Shown here one piece after another: positions 1-11,134 of a stretch of 64,000 nt of DNA. The stretch spans positions 1 through 64,000 of the forward strand of contig CAVQMO010000001.1 of assembly GCA_963713605.1 (NCBI GenBank), in the 5' to 3' direction. Source of the stretch: an uncultured Nitrososphaerales archaeon (GTDB taxonomy: Archaea > Thermoproteota > Nitrososphaeria > Nitrososphaerales > Nitrososphaeraceae). Below the pieces are notes generated by a model. It was not told the DNA's origin. It saw only the letters and a program-made list of their open reading frames with translations, and did not search any database. The translations under genes and the position numbers were made by a program. Every line of letters begins with the position of its first letter. Within the stretch, counting starts at the first letter, position 1.

Positions 1-1
1 G

Positions 2-106
2 TTAGAAGTAGCTAAATTCCTTGAAGAAATGTATGACTATAAATTAAATTCGTTGAAAGAATATGTAGAAAATAAGGAAAAGAAGAGGAAGAAGAAGTAT
101 GGTTAA
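2..106 (+). CDS. 3' end of a CDS cut by the window edge, possibly the C-terminus of an ArsR-like regulator
   Basis: Frame 2 reads LEVAKFLEEMYDYKLNSLKEYVENKEKKRKKKYG* with stop at 104-106; family guess is weak. Confidence 0.4.
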   Translation, partial: LEVAKFLEEMYDYKLNSLKEYVENKEKKRKKKYG

Positions 107-481
107 TTCATTAACTCTGCAAAACGAAATATTTTCTGCGTTAATATCGAGCTCATTACAACATGAGATTCACACATTTCCTTAAACAATTCCAAACTTA
201 ATCTCATATTCACTACAAAATGAGTACATTTTCAGTGATCGATGGAAGAAAACATTTTTTTCAAATATCATATTTTTCATCTTTTCTTGATTTGTTCCCA
301 CTACCTTATTTCAACTATGTAGAAAGGAGGCAATGTTGATATTTCATCTGATTTTTTATTTTTTATTTATGCTCACAAATAAGTAAATCATTTATTAGAC
401 GAGAATCTACCTTCGGAAGATATAATAGCACTAACTAATTCAGAAAATATTTAATAATAAAATCAAGTTCAATAAGGTCTT

Positions 482-791
482 CTATTCACCAATTACCTTT
501 ACTAATACTCTCTTGTTTCTCCGGCCGTCAAATTCTCCGTAGAATATTTGCTCCCATGGACCAAAATCTAATTTTCCATTTGTGATGGCAACTACAACCT
601 CGCGACCCATTATTTGTCGTTTTAGATGCGCATCTGCATTTATCTTCTCCTGTTTCATTATGTTTATACTGATCCGTAGGAGCGTGAGGTGCCAACCTTT
701 CTAGCCATTTATCAAAATCCTGATGCAGTCCACTTTCGTTATCATTTATAAAAACACTAGCTGTAATATGCATTGCATTTACCAAACATAA
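482..791 (-). pseudogene. yjbQ: YjbQ/UPF0047 family protein, N-terminally truncated, with one frameshift near 640
   Basis: [22 protein letters not shown]...HNETGED, then in a shifted frame [51 protein letters not shown]; similarity stops abruptly at about 791. Confidence 0.85.
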
Positions 792-913
792 TGCTAGCGA
801 TGCAACGTTTTATTAATACATTATGTTAATAATCCCTCATTCATAAATGCAGAAACACAACAATATTCACTCAATAAAAACAAAAACCAATGATATGATA
901 ATTAGCGACTATT

Positions 914-2126
914 TTGACGCAATGCAGACTGAAATTAACCCCAAGTGTTAATTACAGAGATCATCCGAAATTAGTTAAACAAATTATCGAGTTCCATAAC
1001 AATAAACCCTTTATTAAAATGAAAAGGGAGGATATCCTCTCCTACTTGAACGGTCTTAGAAAATCAGATGAAGTAGACCAATTACACAAGTGGATTGGTA
1101 CTTATAACTTGCATATTGGGAATCTTACTAGATTCTTTAAATGGTTGTATAACCCCACACTGGAACCTAGACAGAGACCTAAACCCAAACTCCTATACAA
1201 CATACCAAAACTGAAGAGAAAAGAGACTTCGATATACAAGCCAACAGATCTCTGGGCATTAGAAGATGATTTAGTATTTCTAAAATGGTGTCCTAACAAA
1301 AGAGACAGATGCTATCATGCAATATCAAGGGACCTATCTGCAAGGCCACAAGAGATTCTAGATCTAAAGATTAAGGATGTTATATTTAGACAGGTTGAAA
1401 ACAATAAGCAATATGCAGAGGTATTGTCAATTGTAAGACTGGCAGCTGACATTTACCATTAATTGATTCTCTCCCTTACGTAAAAGAATGGTTAGATCAG
1501 CACCCACAGAGAAATAACAAAAATGCATACCTTATTTGTACCATGAACAGAAGTAATGTAGGTGGTCGACTAACAAGAGATGGCTTATTACATATTTACA
1601 CTTCACAATATAAAGAGAAGTATTTTCCTATCTTGTTAAAGGATCCAACAGTATCCGAGGAAGACAAATTGAATGTTTGTTAACAAAACCATGGAACCTT
1701 TACATAAGAAGACATAGCAGTTTAACTCAGAAAAGCAAGTTCCTGAAAGAACATATTTTAAGACAACATGCGGGTTGGTCACCGCGATCACAAATGCACC
1801 TAAAGTATGTTCATTATTTTGGCAATGAATCATCAGAATCAATACTTCAAGAGTATGGTATATTACCAAAGAATAATAAAGAAGCGGACGTACTACGGCC
1901 TAAACAATGCCCCAATTTAGTAACGAACCTAAAAGACAAGACCAGAAATTGCGTTAAGTGTAGAATGGTGTTAACTTATGATGCCTACAATGAAACGATT
2001 GAAGAAAAACAAACTAAGGATAAACAAATTGAAGAAATGATGCGCAAACAGGAACAATTTGAACTGCTAATTCAATCCCTTATTGACTCAGGGCAAATAG
2101 TACCGACCACGGAGAGTATCGATTGA
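914..2126 (+). mobile_element. Tyrosine recombinase/integrase with C-terminal Zn ribbon; frameshifts near 1425 and 1670
   Basis: ARPQEIL (catalytic R), KTG in the shifted frame, YIRRHS, HAGW, KYVH (catalytic Y), CPN...CVKC. Confidence 0.85.
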
Positions 2127-2141
2127 CAATGGAAAAGATCA

Positions 2142-2867
2142 CTAAAATAATGATGAAAACAAGATATATCCATAAAGTTCTGGATGATTGAGCAATTCTT
2201 TGGCTTTATTTACTGCTAATAATTTTAACTCATTTTCATCTAAAGATCGTATGTAATCCTTATTTAATCGGAATGTATCCATATCTATTTTAACCTCAGT
2301 GTCGATTATCCCTCTTCTTGATACTTTAAATAACTCATCTATCCTATTCGCGTTACCATCTTTCACAGCATAGAATGAGGCTTCTAAAATAAATGCTAAT
2401 GTAGCCAACATACCCATACTCGATAGAGTTTTAACCACCTGTTTGTTGCCAGTCCATCAGAACATACTTTATTTAAAATTGCAAAAATATTTGGCATTTT
2501 ATAGACTGACGGTGTTCCCTTCAGCCCTAACTTCTGTTTAGATGTAATATTCTTTTTAACTTCTCTTTTACCCTTCAGATTAATTAGTCCAATCTCCTTC
2601 TGCAGGAGGTGCATAGCCTTATTCAGATTTTTGTAACTTAGATAATAATCTCCATCATCAGCCGAGCCGGTCGATGTTATCATATCACTCCATCAATAGA
2701 GACATCCGAATTGATTTCATCAATAATCTTTGTTCTGATTTCTCCTGGTGTATACAGATATGATGTGTCCACATTCTTATGGTCATAAACAATAAACAAT
2801 GCTGGAATAGTCTTCTTGTATTAGGCGCTGCAATACCTTTTCGGACCATATTTTCTTGGGCTATCAT
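2142..2867 (-). CDS. Hypothetical protein split over three adjacent ORFs, probably one frameshifted gene
   Basis: ORFs 2685-2867, 2396-2683 and 2142-2438 abut or overlap on the same strand. Confidence 0.45.
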
Positions 2868-3152
2868 ATTTTCTTATCTGCCGTAATGTAACATAGGCTC
2901 TGGCTACTATTATCTGTCAAAAGTCATCATATCATCTTGAATGAATTCGAAAGGCAGACTATTTCCCACTTTTTTCAATATAAGTGGTAAAAGCTTTTTC
3001 ATATAAATGCAACTCAAATACCTCGTTGAATAGAAGACACACGTTAACTATAGACCACGACGAGTTTATAAAATTGAAGAGCAAGGGTATTTTTGGGGAA
3101 TAATACAGTGACCTCATAGCACGCCTCATAGAAGATAACGAACGTTTGATAG

Positions 3153-3368
3153 ATGCTAGGGAAAAGAAAGAATGAGTTTCCCAATGAAATTAGATTTAAG
3201 AGCCGAGAATGTAAAAATGAAATGCATAAAGATTGCCATTACGCATGGCGTGGTCTAGGTCTTGAGTTTCTGTGTATGTGCGAATGTGGCCATTATAGAA
3301 AAAAAGGGTCGTTAGAACGGATTGGGCAACATGAGCGTTCTGCACAACAGCAGAGGGGTGGTATTTGA
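3153..3368 (+). CDS. Small Cys/His-rich putative Zn-binding protein
   Basis: ECKNEMHKDC...CMCECGH; overlaps the next ORF. Confidence 0.5.
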   Translation: MLGKRKNEFPNEIRFKSRECKNEMHKDCHYAWRGLGLEFLCMCECGHYRKKGSLERIGQHERSAQQQRGGI

Positions 3369-4466
3369 TGGATGATACTGATATGTTATCACATAAAACT
3401 AAAGATAAACATTTTGTTACTACTGCGCCAGAAAATGTACCATTAGGTAGTGTTGTAAATGTACCTGTTCATGAATCAGTCCATCGCCGGAAGAATATTT
3501 CTTCGCAAGAAATTAGAAAGCTCTCTGTCGAAACGTTTAATCATTCCAAGCACGGGATAACTTTCAATAACTTAATTAGCACATTTAAAATAACCAAAAG
3601 ACGAGCACAGCGTAAACTAAAGGGTTGTTGTAGGCGAAAAGTCTTATTTATACCGGAATTTGAAAATCACAAACCTCAGAGGTACTATCCTTTATGCCTA
3701 AGAGCAGATGTATTAAAACATCTTCTGAATAATAATGACCAAGTAAGACCCACGGTATCCAACGGGACTAAAGGGCATCCGCTACATATGGCAATAGAAT
3801 ATCAAAAGGCAAAGAATCTATTTGATATTCTAGTATCCATCAGTAATGGTGATGCTCCACTTTACATACATAAGTGGCACATACATCTAGCAATAGATAA
3901 AGAATGTTACCATCAATTAATCAAGCACGACCACTCTCCTCACAGAACAAATCAAAAATCATCGAAGAACGAATCGGCAAAACAGTGACTAAATATGCGT
4001 ATTCCCCCAAATGGCAAGGTTCTAGTTTACGTAGCATGTAGCATAATCCCTTTAGAATCCAAATTGAACAAGATGAAACTATATTGTTTGCATTTTTTTG
4101 GGCCAAGTCAGAAATCGAATGCTCTTTCACATAAGCAATCCGACTGAAAGAATAGTTCCACCATTGTTATCGTCGTCCTCACAAGGTAGTAGTGGGCTTG
4201 TTCAATGTGATATCAATAAGGACGTTGAAGTATCAAACATGATGCAATTAGGTTGCTTTAACATACAGCTCAAATACCTAGAAAGGGTCTTTCGACTATA
4301 CATAAAAACATTTCATGATAAGGCCGTCTGCAGGGCCGAAGAGTCGCTTACTATTAACATGCCAATATTTGAAGCCTTGAAGTCTATAAGGGGTGATCCG
4401 ACAGCGAGCCCAACTGACTGCACGTTATCTGCTAAAGGGAGAGAGAATAACAGCGATGACATTTGA
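3365..4466 (+). CDS. Hypothetical protein with possible N-terminal winged-helix region, frameshifted (element-associated)
   Basis: ORFs 3365-3988 and 4098-4466 are bridged by an intermediate frame; GITFNNLISTFKITKRRAQRKLK looks helix-turn-helix-like. Confidence 0.5.
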
Positions 4467-4958
4467 ATTAGCACAACCAACAGTGCAGACAAAAAGGGAG
4501 TTATCGATTACAATTAGCAGACCTTTTCGTAGAAATTAATACCACATTTGGACATGCTGAGGGAGCTACAACTTAGCAAAACAAGAAGGGATACACACCT
4601 TTAGGAGTAAAAACTTAATCATGGACAATATTCCGCAAGGCATTGCAGGAAGTTAGAGAAGGGAACCTTGACTTGCCCCGCCGTAACCGTGACATGGACT
4701 CATTTTTTTAATTGATTAACTTCGGGTACAAGTTGGTCTAGATGAAATGTAACCCCAACCCGAACCCGAAGTAAAAATAAAAAAGAAAGATAAAGTTAAA
4801 GCAAAGAACCCAGTAAAATAAAGTAAAAATGAAAGAGAATGATAACTAGACATTACAGGAAGACAAGAGAATACTCGATGAGTAATAGATTTCTCTAAAC
4901 ATAATCCCTAGTATGCTCTAGTAGTTCTTGGTAAGTTGAGGATATGGTTTACTATATA

Positions 4959-5560
4959 TTACTGTAGTTTCTCGTTATCGATAGCATTCTGATATTTCGT
5001 GATAGCCTGGCCAAGATCAGATAATTGTGCCCGCTGTAGCATAATAGTATTGTTCAAGTCTTTCTTTCTAAATTCCAGTTCGATGACGTCATTTGTAAGT
5101 TTCCGCATCTTGTTCTCCAATAACGGCAATTCATGACCTGCATATCTCAGAATCTTTAAGATATGCTGTTTACTTAGCATCTTATTTTTCTTTAATAGTT
5201 TGAACAGTTCGAAGAATGAATCAAAGTCATTTTTGAGCTGTTGATAAACTAATGGCAAATCATATAGCCGGTGTAAAGCCCAGAATTCCTGTTGCAGATC
5301 AAATACTTCACTTTCAGGAAGATCCAATTCTATTGCAACATCAATTGGTTTCTTACCATTATTGAACATGTATAATGCTTGACTCGCTTTGGATTTGTTA
5401 CTCAAGTCAATATCATCTAGGCTTGCCCGTCTATTCGTTTAATAATAGTGCCAATGTCCTTAAATCCCATATGCACTATCTCGGCTATCTGGCGAATAGT
5501 TTTATTCTCCTGATGTAATTTGACCACAAATTCTTTTTTTCTTTCTTGTTCAGCGACATT
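4959..5560 (-). CDS. HTH/coiled-coil protein of a repeated family, frameshifted; paralog of 33418-34110
   Basis: SKASQALYMFNNGKKPIDVAIELDL vs SKVTQALSLFLQGKRPVDVAIELDL; N-terminal part (KTIRQIAEIVHMGFKDIGTII) lies in another frame at about 5440-5560. Confidence 0.7.
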
Positions 5561-5635
5561 TTTTCAGACAATAATTATAAGTAACAGTTGTTCATAGATT
5601 TTTCTAACTGTTTTCGACTGTTAACACCATAAAGC

Positions 5636-5671
5636 TTACTGTTACCGATTGATACTAACTGTTATTTTGTA
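5636..5671 (-). repeat. 36-bp conserved non-coding block upstream of the HTH paralog, copy 1
   Basis: Reverse complement tacaaaataacagttagtatcaatcggtaacagtaa matches 33334-33369 at 31/36 positions. Confidence 0.8.
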
Positions 5672-6207
5672 TCATCTTATACATACGACTGGTCTAAAGA
5701 ACACAGCAGTAGCAGGATCTTCAATCTATTATTGTTCGATCTAGTCCGGGCTGTAATCCCCTTTTGAATCGTTATAGCACTCTTCAATCGAATCCCCAAA
5801 ACTTAGACATTGATTGGTATAAGCACAATTTAGTAACGGAACGTCAATTAGATAACTCCCCTGACATATCATCTTAATCTCAGATACATCGACGGCAATT
5901 AAAGCATTGTATATACGTTTGACCAAAACGACGGTATGACAGCAATGACACCAATTTATGAAAACTATTCTTTATGATATCAGTTATACTATTCCATCCA
6001 TTTTTTAAGTTATAGAATTCATTTCGCAAAATAACTTTATGGCTTTGTAATAATTGGCCACTGTCCCAAATACGATTTCTTTCTTTCTTGCTCTACCATT
6101 ATGAAACTCCAAAAACTTGACAATGGATTAAAATCGGGCAGAAACCATGCTTTTGTTGACGGTATTATTATGAAAGTGAGTCTAAATAAACGGTCAAGAT
6201 TGACGCG

Positions 6208-6234
6208 GGTTCGGTGGTATGTGAGTCAAATTTG
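6208..6234 (+). repeat. 27-bp direct repeat, copy 1, upstream of the pentapeptide gene
   Basis: ggttcggtggtatgtgagtcaaatttg; 26/27 identical to 7458-7484. Confidence 0.9.
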
Positions 6235-6417
6235 ACATAATTTTCGGATTCGTCACGATTAGACACTCATATGGCTGCGCGGTTTAAATAACAAATTGGA
6301 AGATCTTTGACGTTTGATGAACGTGCGGGCCAAGATTATAAGTCTTCTAGTGCGTGCATACTTTAAGTCTCCGATGACGAGCTAGAATATAAGAGCCAAA
6401 GGGTTGCTGACTGTATT

Positions 6418-7443
6418 ATGCCCGCTGTAGTAGATGTATTACGACGGCATAGGGTGGCAATTATATTCACTGCAATTGGTGTAATACTTAGCCCATTCGC
6501 CGCCGTCATTCTTAATGAGTACATCAGTGTCACTCCGAGGATGTTGTCTGGAATATTAGAAGACGATGAAGTATCAGTATTAGATCGTATTTTAAACATC
6601 ACAGAAGAAGCTAAATCTAAAGCAAATGTATTGGAATTTAACGACATAAGAAAAGAGTTTAAACAGCCAATCAGAATAGAGGGCTTAGATCTTTCCGATA
6701 AAACTCTAACTGGGGTAAACTTGGATTCTGTAGTATTTTTGAATTCTAATTTATCAGGTGCCAATCTGCAGAATTCTGAATTAAATAGTGTGCAAATTTC
6801 CGGTGATTTGTCAAGCATAAACCTGAGCAATGCCAGTCTCCTAAGCGCAGATCTATCCGACTCAGATCTTTCCGATGCTAACTTAAAAGATGCTTTATTT
6901 GCGAATGCCGATGTAACTAATTCACTTTTTATCGGTGCTAATCTAACTGATGCCGATCTCCGGTACGCTGATCTTACTGATGCCGATTTCCGGTACGCTG
7001 ATCTTACTGATGCATACCTACTTGATGCCGACTTATTGGATGCGGATCTCCGTTATGCCAATCTGACGGATGTCGACTTAAGTTATGCCGATTTAACAGA
7101 TGCTGATCTATCAAATGTCAGTTTAAAAGATGCTAATCTATCAAATGCTAATCTAAACCGTGCTATTATTGATTTCGCCAACCTGGCAAACGCTGATCTA
7201 TCAAATGCTAATCTAAACCGTGCAATTATTGGTCACGCTAATCTTACAAATGCAAGCCTCCGCCATGCCGATCTGACACAAGCAGATTTACGAGGTTCGT
7301 ATCTCACTAACGCATCTCTACATCTTGCAGATCTTGATGATTCTTTATTTGATTGTAACAGTGTGAGGACTGCTAATTTTACCGTTAATACGACTCAGGT
7401 TCACATTGTAGATTCGAATTTAGACGTAGTCTCTAATTGCTAA
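6418..7443 (+). CDS. Pentapeptide-repeat protein with N-terminal TM/signal segment
   Basis: Long A(D/N)Lxx array (ADLTD, ANLSN, ADLRY); hydrophobic VAIIFTAIGVILSPFAAVIL. Confidence 0.95.
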   Translation: MPAVVDVLRRHRVAIIFTAIGVILSPFAAVILNEYISVTPRMLSGILEDDEVSVLDRILNITEEAKSKANVLEFNDIRKEFKQPIRIEGLDLSDKTLTGVNLDSVVFLNSNLSGANLQNSELNSVQISGDLSSINLSNASLLSADLSDSDLSDANLKDALFANADVTNSLFIGANLTDADLRYADLTDADFRYADLTDAYLLDADLLDADLRYANLTDVDLSYADLTDADLSNVSLKDANLSNANLNRAIIDFANLANADLSNANLNRAIIGHANLTNASLRHADLTQADLRGSYLTNASLHLADLDDSLFDCNSVRTANFTVNTTQVHIVDSNLDVVSNC

Positions 7444-7457
7444 TAGTATTTCTTTCC

Positions 7458-7484
7458 GGTTCGGTGGTATGTGAGTCAATTTTG
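7458..7484 (+). repeat. 27-bp direct repeat, copy 2, just after the pentapeptide stop codon
   Basis: ggttcggtggtatgtgagtcaattttg. Confidence 0.9.
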
Positions 7485-7998
7485 CGGCCCTGTTAGTCTT
7501 CTAGTAGATACGTTCATTCAAACACTGATGGTTCAAACGCCGAAGCTAATCTGTTAACCTGTTTACGACCGTTAACGGATGCCTGACTTCGTAAACATTG
7601 TCGTTCTGCCGTATTAGTCGTTAACAGAATGTATTGAACACTTTATTGAAGTCTGATTATGTTACGCTCACCAGATATTGACAAGTTCCATATCGGACTC
7701 GTCAGGCTGTGCTTCAACGATCACTTGGACAATTACCAGAATTAGAATTCATAAGACACATCCACTACTACCACTGATAGACAGCTAGTGTCAATACGAT
7801 AGACGACATCTACATCTCAAAAAGAAAGTTGGGATTTGTGGACCAAATATTCTAGGCAGCAGAAAATGCTTCATTGACTTTGTTTATTATTGAGCCTACT
7901 AAGATCAAATAGTAGGTAGTCTACAGCGTGTTATCCATTCTTTTTAATTTTCTAAATCTATGAGAGTAAAGTTTGGACATGAGGGATAACTTCACTAT

Positions 7999-8631
7999 TC
8001 AGTCGGTCAGGTATAGATCTTTCTTTTTTCGATATATGAATCTCATCACCAATGAGGCAGGAATGATGAGGGCGGGGACTCCCAAGGCAAAATCAAGAGA
8101 ATAAACCGAAATCCCTAATGAAATCATGAAGACCACGGGTATCACAGTAGTACGGAAATATGTCAAATATATTATATTTTTATCAATAGTCTTATTAGGA
8201 GATATTAGCTCAGCTTTCAGCGCGTGAGTCCATATGCCAAAGAGCATAAAACCAGCAAAAATTTGAACTACGCAGTAAAATCCATAGGCATAGATATTGG
8301 TATCGTATATATTTGTTAGTTTAAATGTAAATGGTATCATTGTTATGAACATGAGAAAAATGATGTTTAGCCAAATCGCCAGATCTGTGGTCTTTGCCAA
8401 CATGGCAGATATTGATTGATAAGTAATCCAGTACAATCCTATAATTATGAAAGTAATAACAAACAAGATAATATCAGATACCAACTCCTCAAGATCATCT
8501 TCATTGAAGAGGCCGTCTTCTCCTACCTGTGGAATTGCAAAATCTACAGCGAGTAATGTGATCGCGACTCCAACAACCGCGTCGGTAAAGAACCTCGCAT
8601 GAGATTTATTTATTCCATATATATTTACCAA
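7999..8631 (-). CDS. TMEM175 (DUF1211) family K+ channel
   Basis: FFTDAVVGVAITLL (FSD-like motif), IIGLYW, WLNIIFLMFITMIPF; multiple TM segments. Confidence 0.85.
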   Translation of the reverse strand: MVNIYGINKSHARFFTDAVVGVAITLLAVDFAIPQVGEDGLFNEDDLEELVSDIILFVITFIIIGLYWITYQSISAMLAKTTDLAIWLNIIFLMFITMIPFTFKLTNIYDTNIYAYGFYCVVQIFAGFMLFGIWTHALKAELISPNKTIDKNIIYLTYFRTTVIPVVFMISLGISVYSLDFALGVPALIIPASLVMRFIYRKKKDLYLTD

Positions 8632-8772
8632 TCATAGTTAACCCCTATCTTTCAATTAACCTGCTCTGCGTATAAATAAGAATCGTATTGTTTGTATCCA
8701 AAAAAGCACAACAGATGGGTTTTATTATGGTTATCTTCATTACTCTGAGCTGGATTCAATTTTAGGTCTATC

Positions 8773-9087
8773 ATGAGACCACCGATTCAGTATTTACTAA
8801 GAGAGTACAGAACTTGGCTGGTAGCTGAAAAGATAAATGACAAACTAGAAGTAAAGAGATCTCGGAGATACAGTAATTCGAAGAACATTCATTACAGTAC
8901 CACGGATACTATTCCGTGGATCGAGAAACTCCTAACTATATCATTACCAGACTATCGCAAATATTGCGTGTGGCGCATACTTGCACCATATTTGCTTAAC
9001 GTCAGAAAACTTCAGGACGATCAAGCTGGCCAGACGGGAAAAATGAAGAACAGATTGCTGAAAGATTTGATAGAGATATATTGCTAG
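8773..9087 (+). pseudogene. Fragment with a PriX-like (primase non-catalytic subunit) domain
   Basis: WIEKLLTISLPDYRKYCVWRILAPYLLNVRKL resembles PriX-like domains; appears truncated. Confidence 0.55.
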
Positions 9088-9676
9088 TAAAAACTTGGAT
9101 TGGGGCTTTGAAGCAAACACATTATGTAACTACAAACTACTTTAACAAACTAGTTATAACGTCATATGGTGAAAATTTTCTTCAACAACTTGATTCATAC
9201 CGGTAATCGGCATGTGTATTGAACAAGCTGCTGTGTCCATCGGAATGGGTATGTAGAGACAAAAAAAGAGAGTTAAACTAACTTATTTTGGACTGTCACT
9301 TTCTTCTTTATCTTCAATAGCTTTGTTGGAAGCCGTCTAACGCTACAGTATTTTCATTGCCATGAAAGTAATCAAACCGGCAACCAATCAGGTTGAGTCT
9401 TGAGGCAACTCGGTGAACAAGCGAGAAACTTCATACCAGGTCTGTTGCTTTACATTACCAGGTGTGTAGAGCTTGTCATCTAACACCTGGACGCCAAATC
9501 CGCCCTTTTTAGGGTATATGTAATTATACCCTGATTTATTAATGGGATCTATTTCCAGAACCACATTAGGAAAGTACCGTTACCGTTACTATCTACACGG
9601 TTCTTATATATTGCCAATGAATTACTTAGAAAAGAAAGATCTCCAGTCGCTCCGTCATCAAAGACTGCTCGCTCCG

Positions 9677-9952
9677 CTACCATCTGATGTTCCATCTTGA
9701 TCGTATCGCGTCAAATCTATATACTGCTGTGTCTTCATTTTCAGCGACGAACTTTGTATCTCCTTGAAGGAACGCAGTATCGTTATCTCTAAAGGTTCTT
9801 GTATAATTCACTTCAGCACTCATATTTAAATTCCCATTTAGTATTCCTTGGCCAGTAAGGTTTCCTGGAATAGTCTCGTCTTGAAGTTCTAGTTTAGGAG
9901 TGTCTACGTCTGTCATAACTTGGATTCGCCGAAAGAAATGCTGCCGCTGCAT
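9677..9952 (-). pseudogene. Fragment of a probably secreted hypothetical protein
   Basis: Coding-like ORF (GQGILNGNLN...FLQG) that continues in other frames on both sides. Confidence 0.35.
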
Positions 9953-11134
9953 TCTGACGACAAATGTTTTATAATCTCAGTTCTTGGTCCCAAAATAGGG
10001 ACTTCAGCAAATCCTATGCATAGTATCCAAGACGATGATACTAGTACATTATTGTGGTCTTATCTTCTAAGATTTCTAAGACCATACAAGAATCCATATA
10101 TATATTTCAAAAGTTTATTCTGTCAGTATCTGCATATAACACGAAGTGAAATAGGAAAACCTGTGATTACTCCGATCGTCCCAACTCAACTCGCGAGATT
10201 CTGCTGTTCTGTTTTACTATGTCTATTGCTCCTGTTGCCGTTTAACCCCATTGACAATAATCTGAGCATGAAGACGACAACGGTATCAGAAGTATACGCA
10301 CAGACAACAACTTTTCCCTATTTTCCATACCTATACGATCCTTATTACTCCAATCAGTTTAACCTCAATAGAAATCCGTTTTTCATAACTAATCCAACGT
10401 CATTGGCATTGTCTACTCTTGTAAATGCGCCACTGGGTCCTCCATTTGGACAGCATCAGCTATCTCCGTGGTTTCCATCTATTCCCGCTATAGCATGCGG
10501 GGCTGGTCTATTCTCATTCACCATAACTGGAGTGCCTGATAGAGCCGTAGATATCCCAATAGCAGATGGAGATAATAATAATAATGATAATGATAAAGAA
10601 AAGAATCTTGTTTCATTACAAGTAATCCGTGACAATAATCGCTTCAGAATATTTGATGATGATGTACAAGGTCAGATAGCAGTAGGGGAGAAAAGTATAG
10701 AAAGACAGAAGTGGAAAGACTTTGAGGTTGAAGATCTATTCAATACCTGCAGAACATTAGCATATAGTTCATCACCAGATGTTAACAAGAATATAAAGAC
10801 GCCACTTCCAACTTTGGTGTTATCTGATGATGGAGTTCCTATAACACCTTTGTTAGCAGCACTTGCAATCAATCGAAACAGCTACAATCCTTACGCGCCA
10901 TACTATTCTACTACAACGGGTTATCCAAATACTTCGCCATATTACCCAACTTCTACATCGAGTGTTCCTTCAACATCAAACGGAAGTTGCAGTCCATCTT
11001 ATCCAGACGTATGTATACAGAATCCTCCGCCTCAGTTAGCCTGTTGGCAAGTTCCATATTCTAACTTCAGAGTACTCCCTCCTGATCCACATAGATTTGA
11101 CGAAAATAGGGACGGCAGAGGGTGTGAAGTGTGA
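9920..11134 (+). CDS. Secreted protein with C-terminal Excalibur-like Ca-binding domain; true start probably near 10160
   Basis: Signal-like CSVLLCLLLLLP...VYAQ; C-terminal CSPSYPDVCI...PPDPHRFDENRDGRGCE. Confidence 0.75.
   Translation: MDSPKEMLPLHSDDKCFIISVLGPKIGTSANPMHSIQDDDTSTLLWSYLLRFLRPYKNPYIYFKSLFCQYLHITRSEIGKPVITPIVPTQLARFCCSVLLCLLLLLPFNPIDNNLSMKTTTVSEVYAQTTTFPYFPYLYDPYYSNQFNLNRNPFFITNPTSLALSTLVNAPLGPPFGQHQLSPWFPSIPAIACGAGLFSFTITGVPDRAVDIPIADGDNNNNDNDKEKNLVSLQVIRDNNRFRIFDDDVQGQIAVGEKSIERQKWKDFEVEDLFNTCRTLAYSSSPDVNKNIKTPLPTLVLSDDGVPITPLLAALAINRNSYNPYAPYYSTTTGYPNTSPYYPTSTSSVPSTSNGSCSPSYPDVCIQNPPPQLACWQVPYSNFRVLPPDPHRFDENRDGRGCEV

Noticed and set aside
6900..7330. Repeated DNA units as a CRISPR array
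   Set aside because: They are coding pentapeptide repeats with no repeat-spacer structure
9380..9535. Hairpins (ccaggtgt...acacctgg; agggtata...tataccct) as an IS605 end or omega-RNA
   Set aside because: No tnpA, tnpB or iscB nearby, and the minus strand reads as a coding fragment
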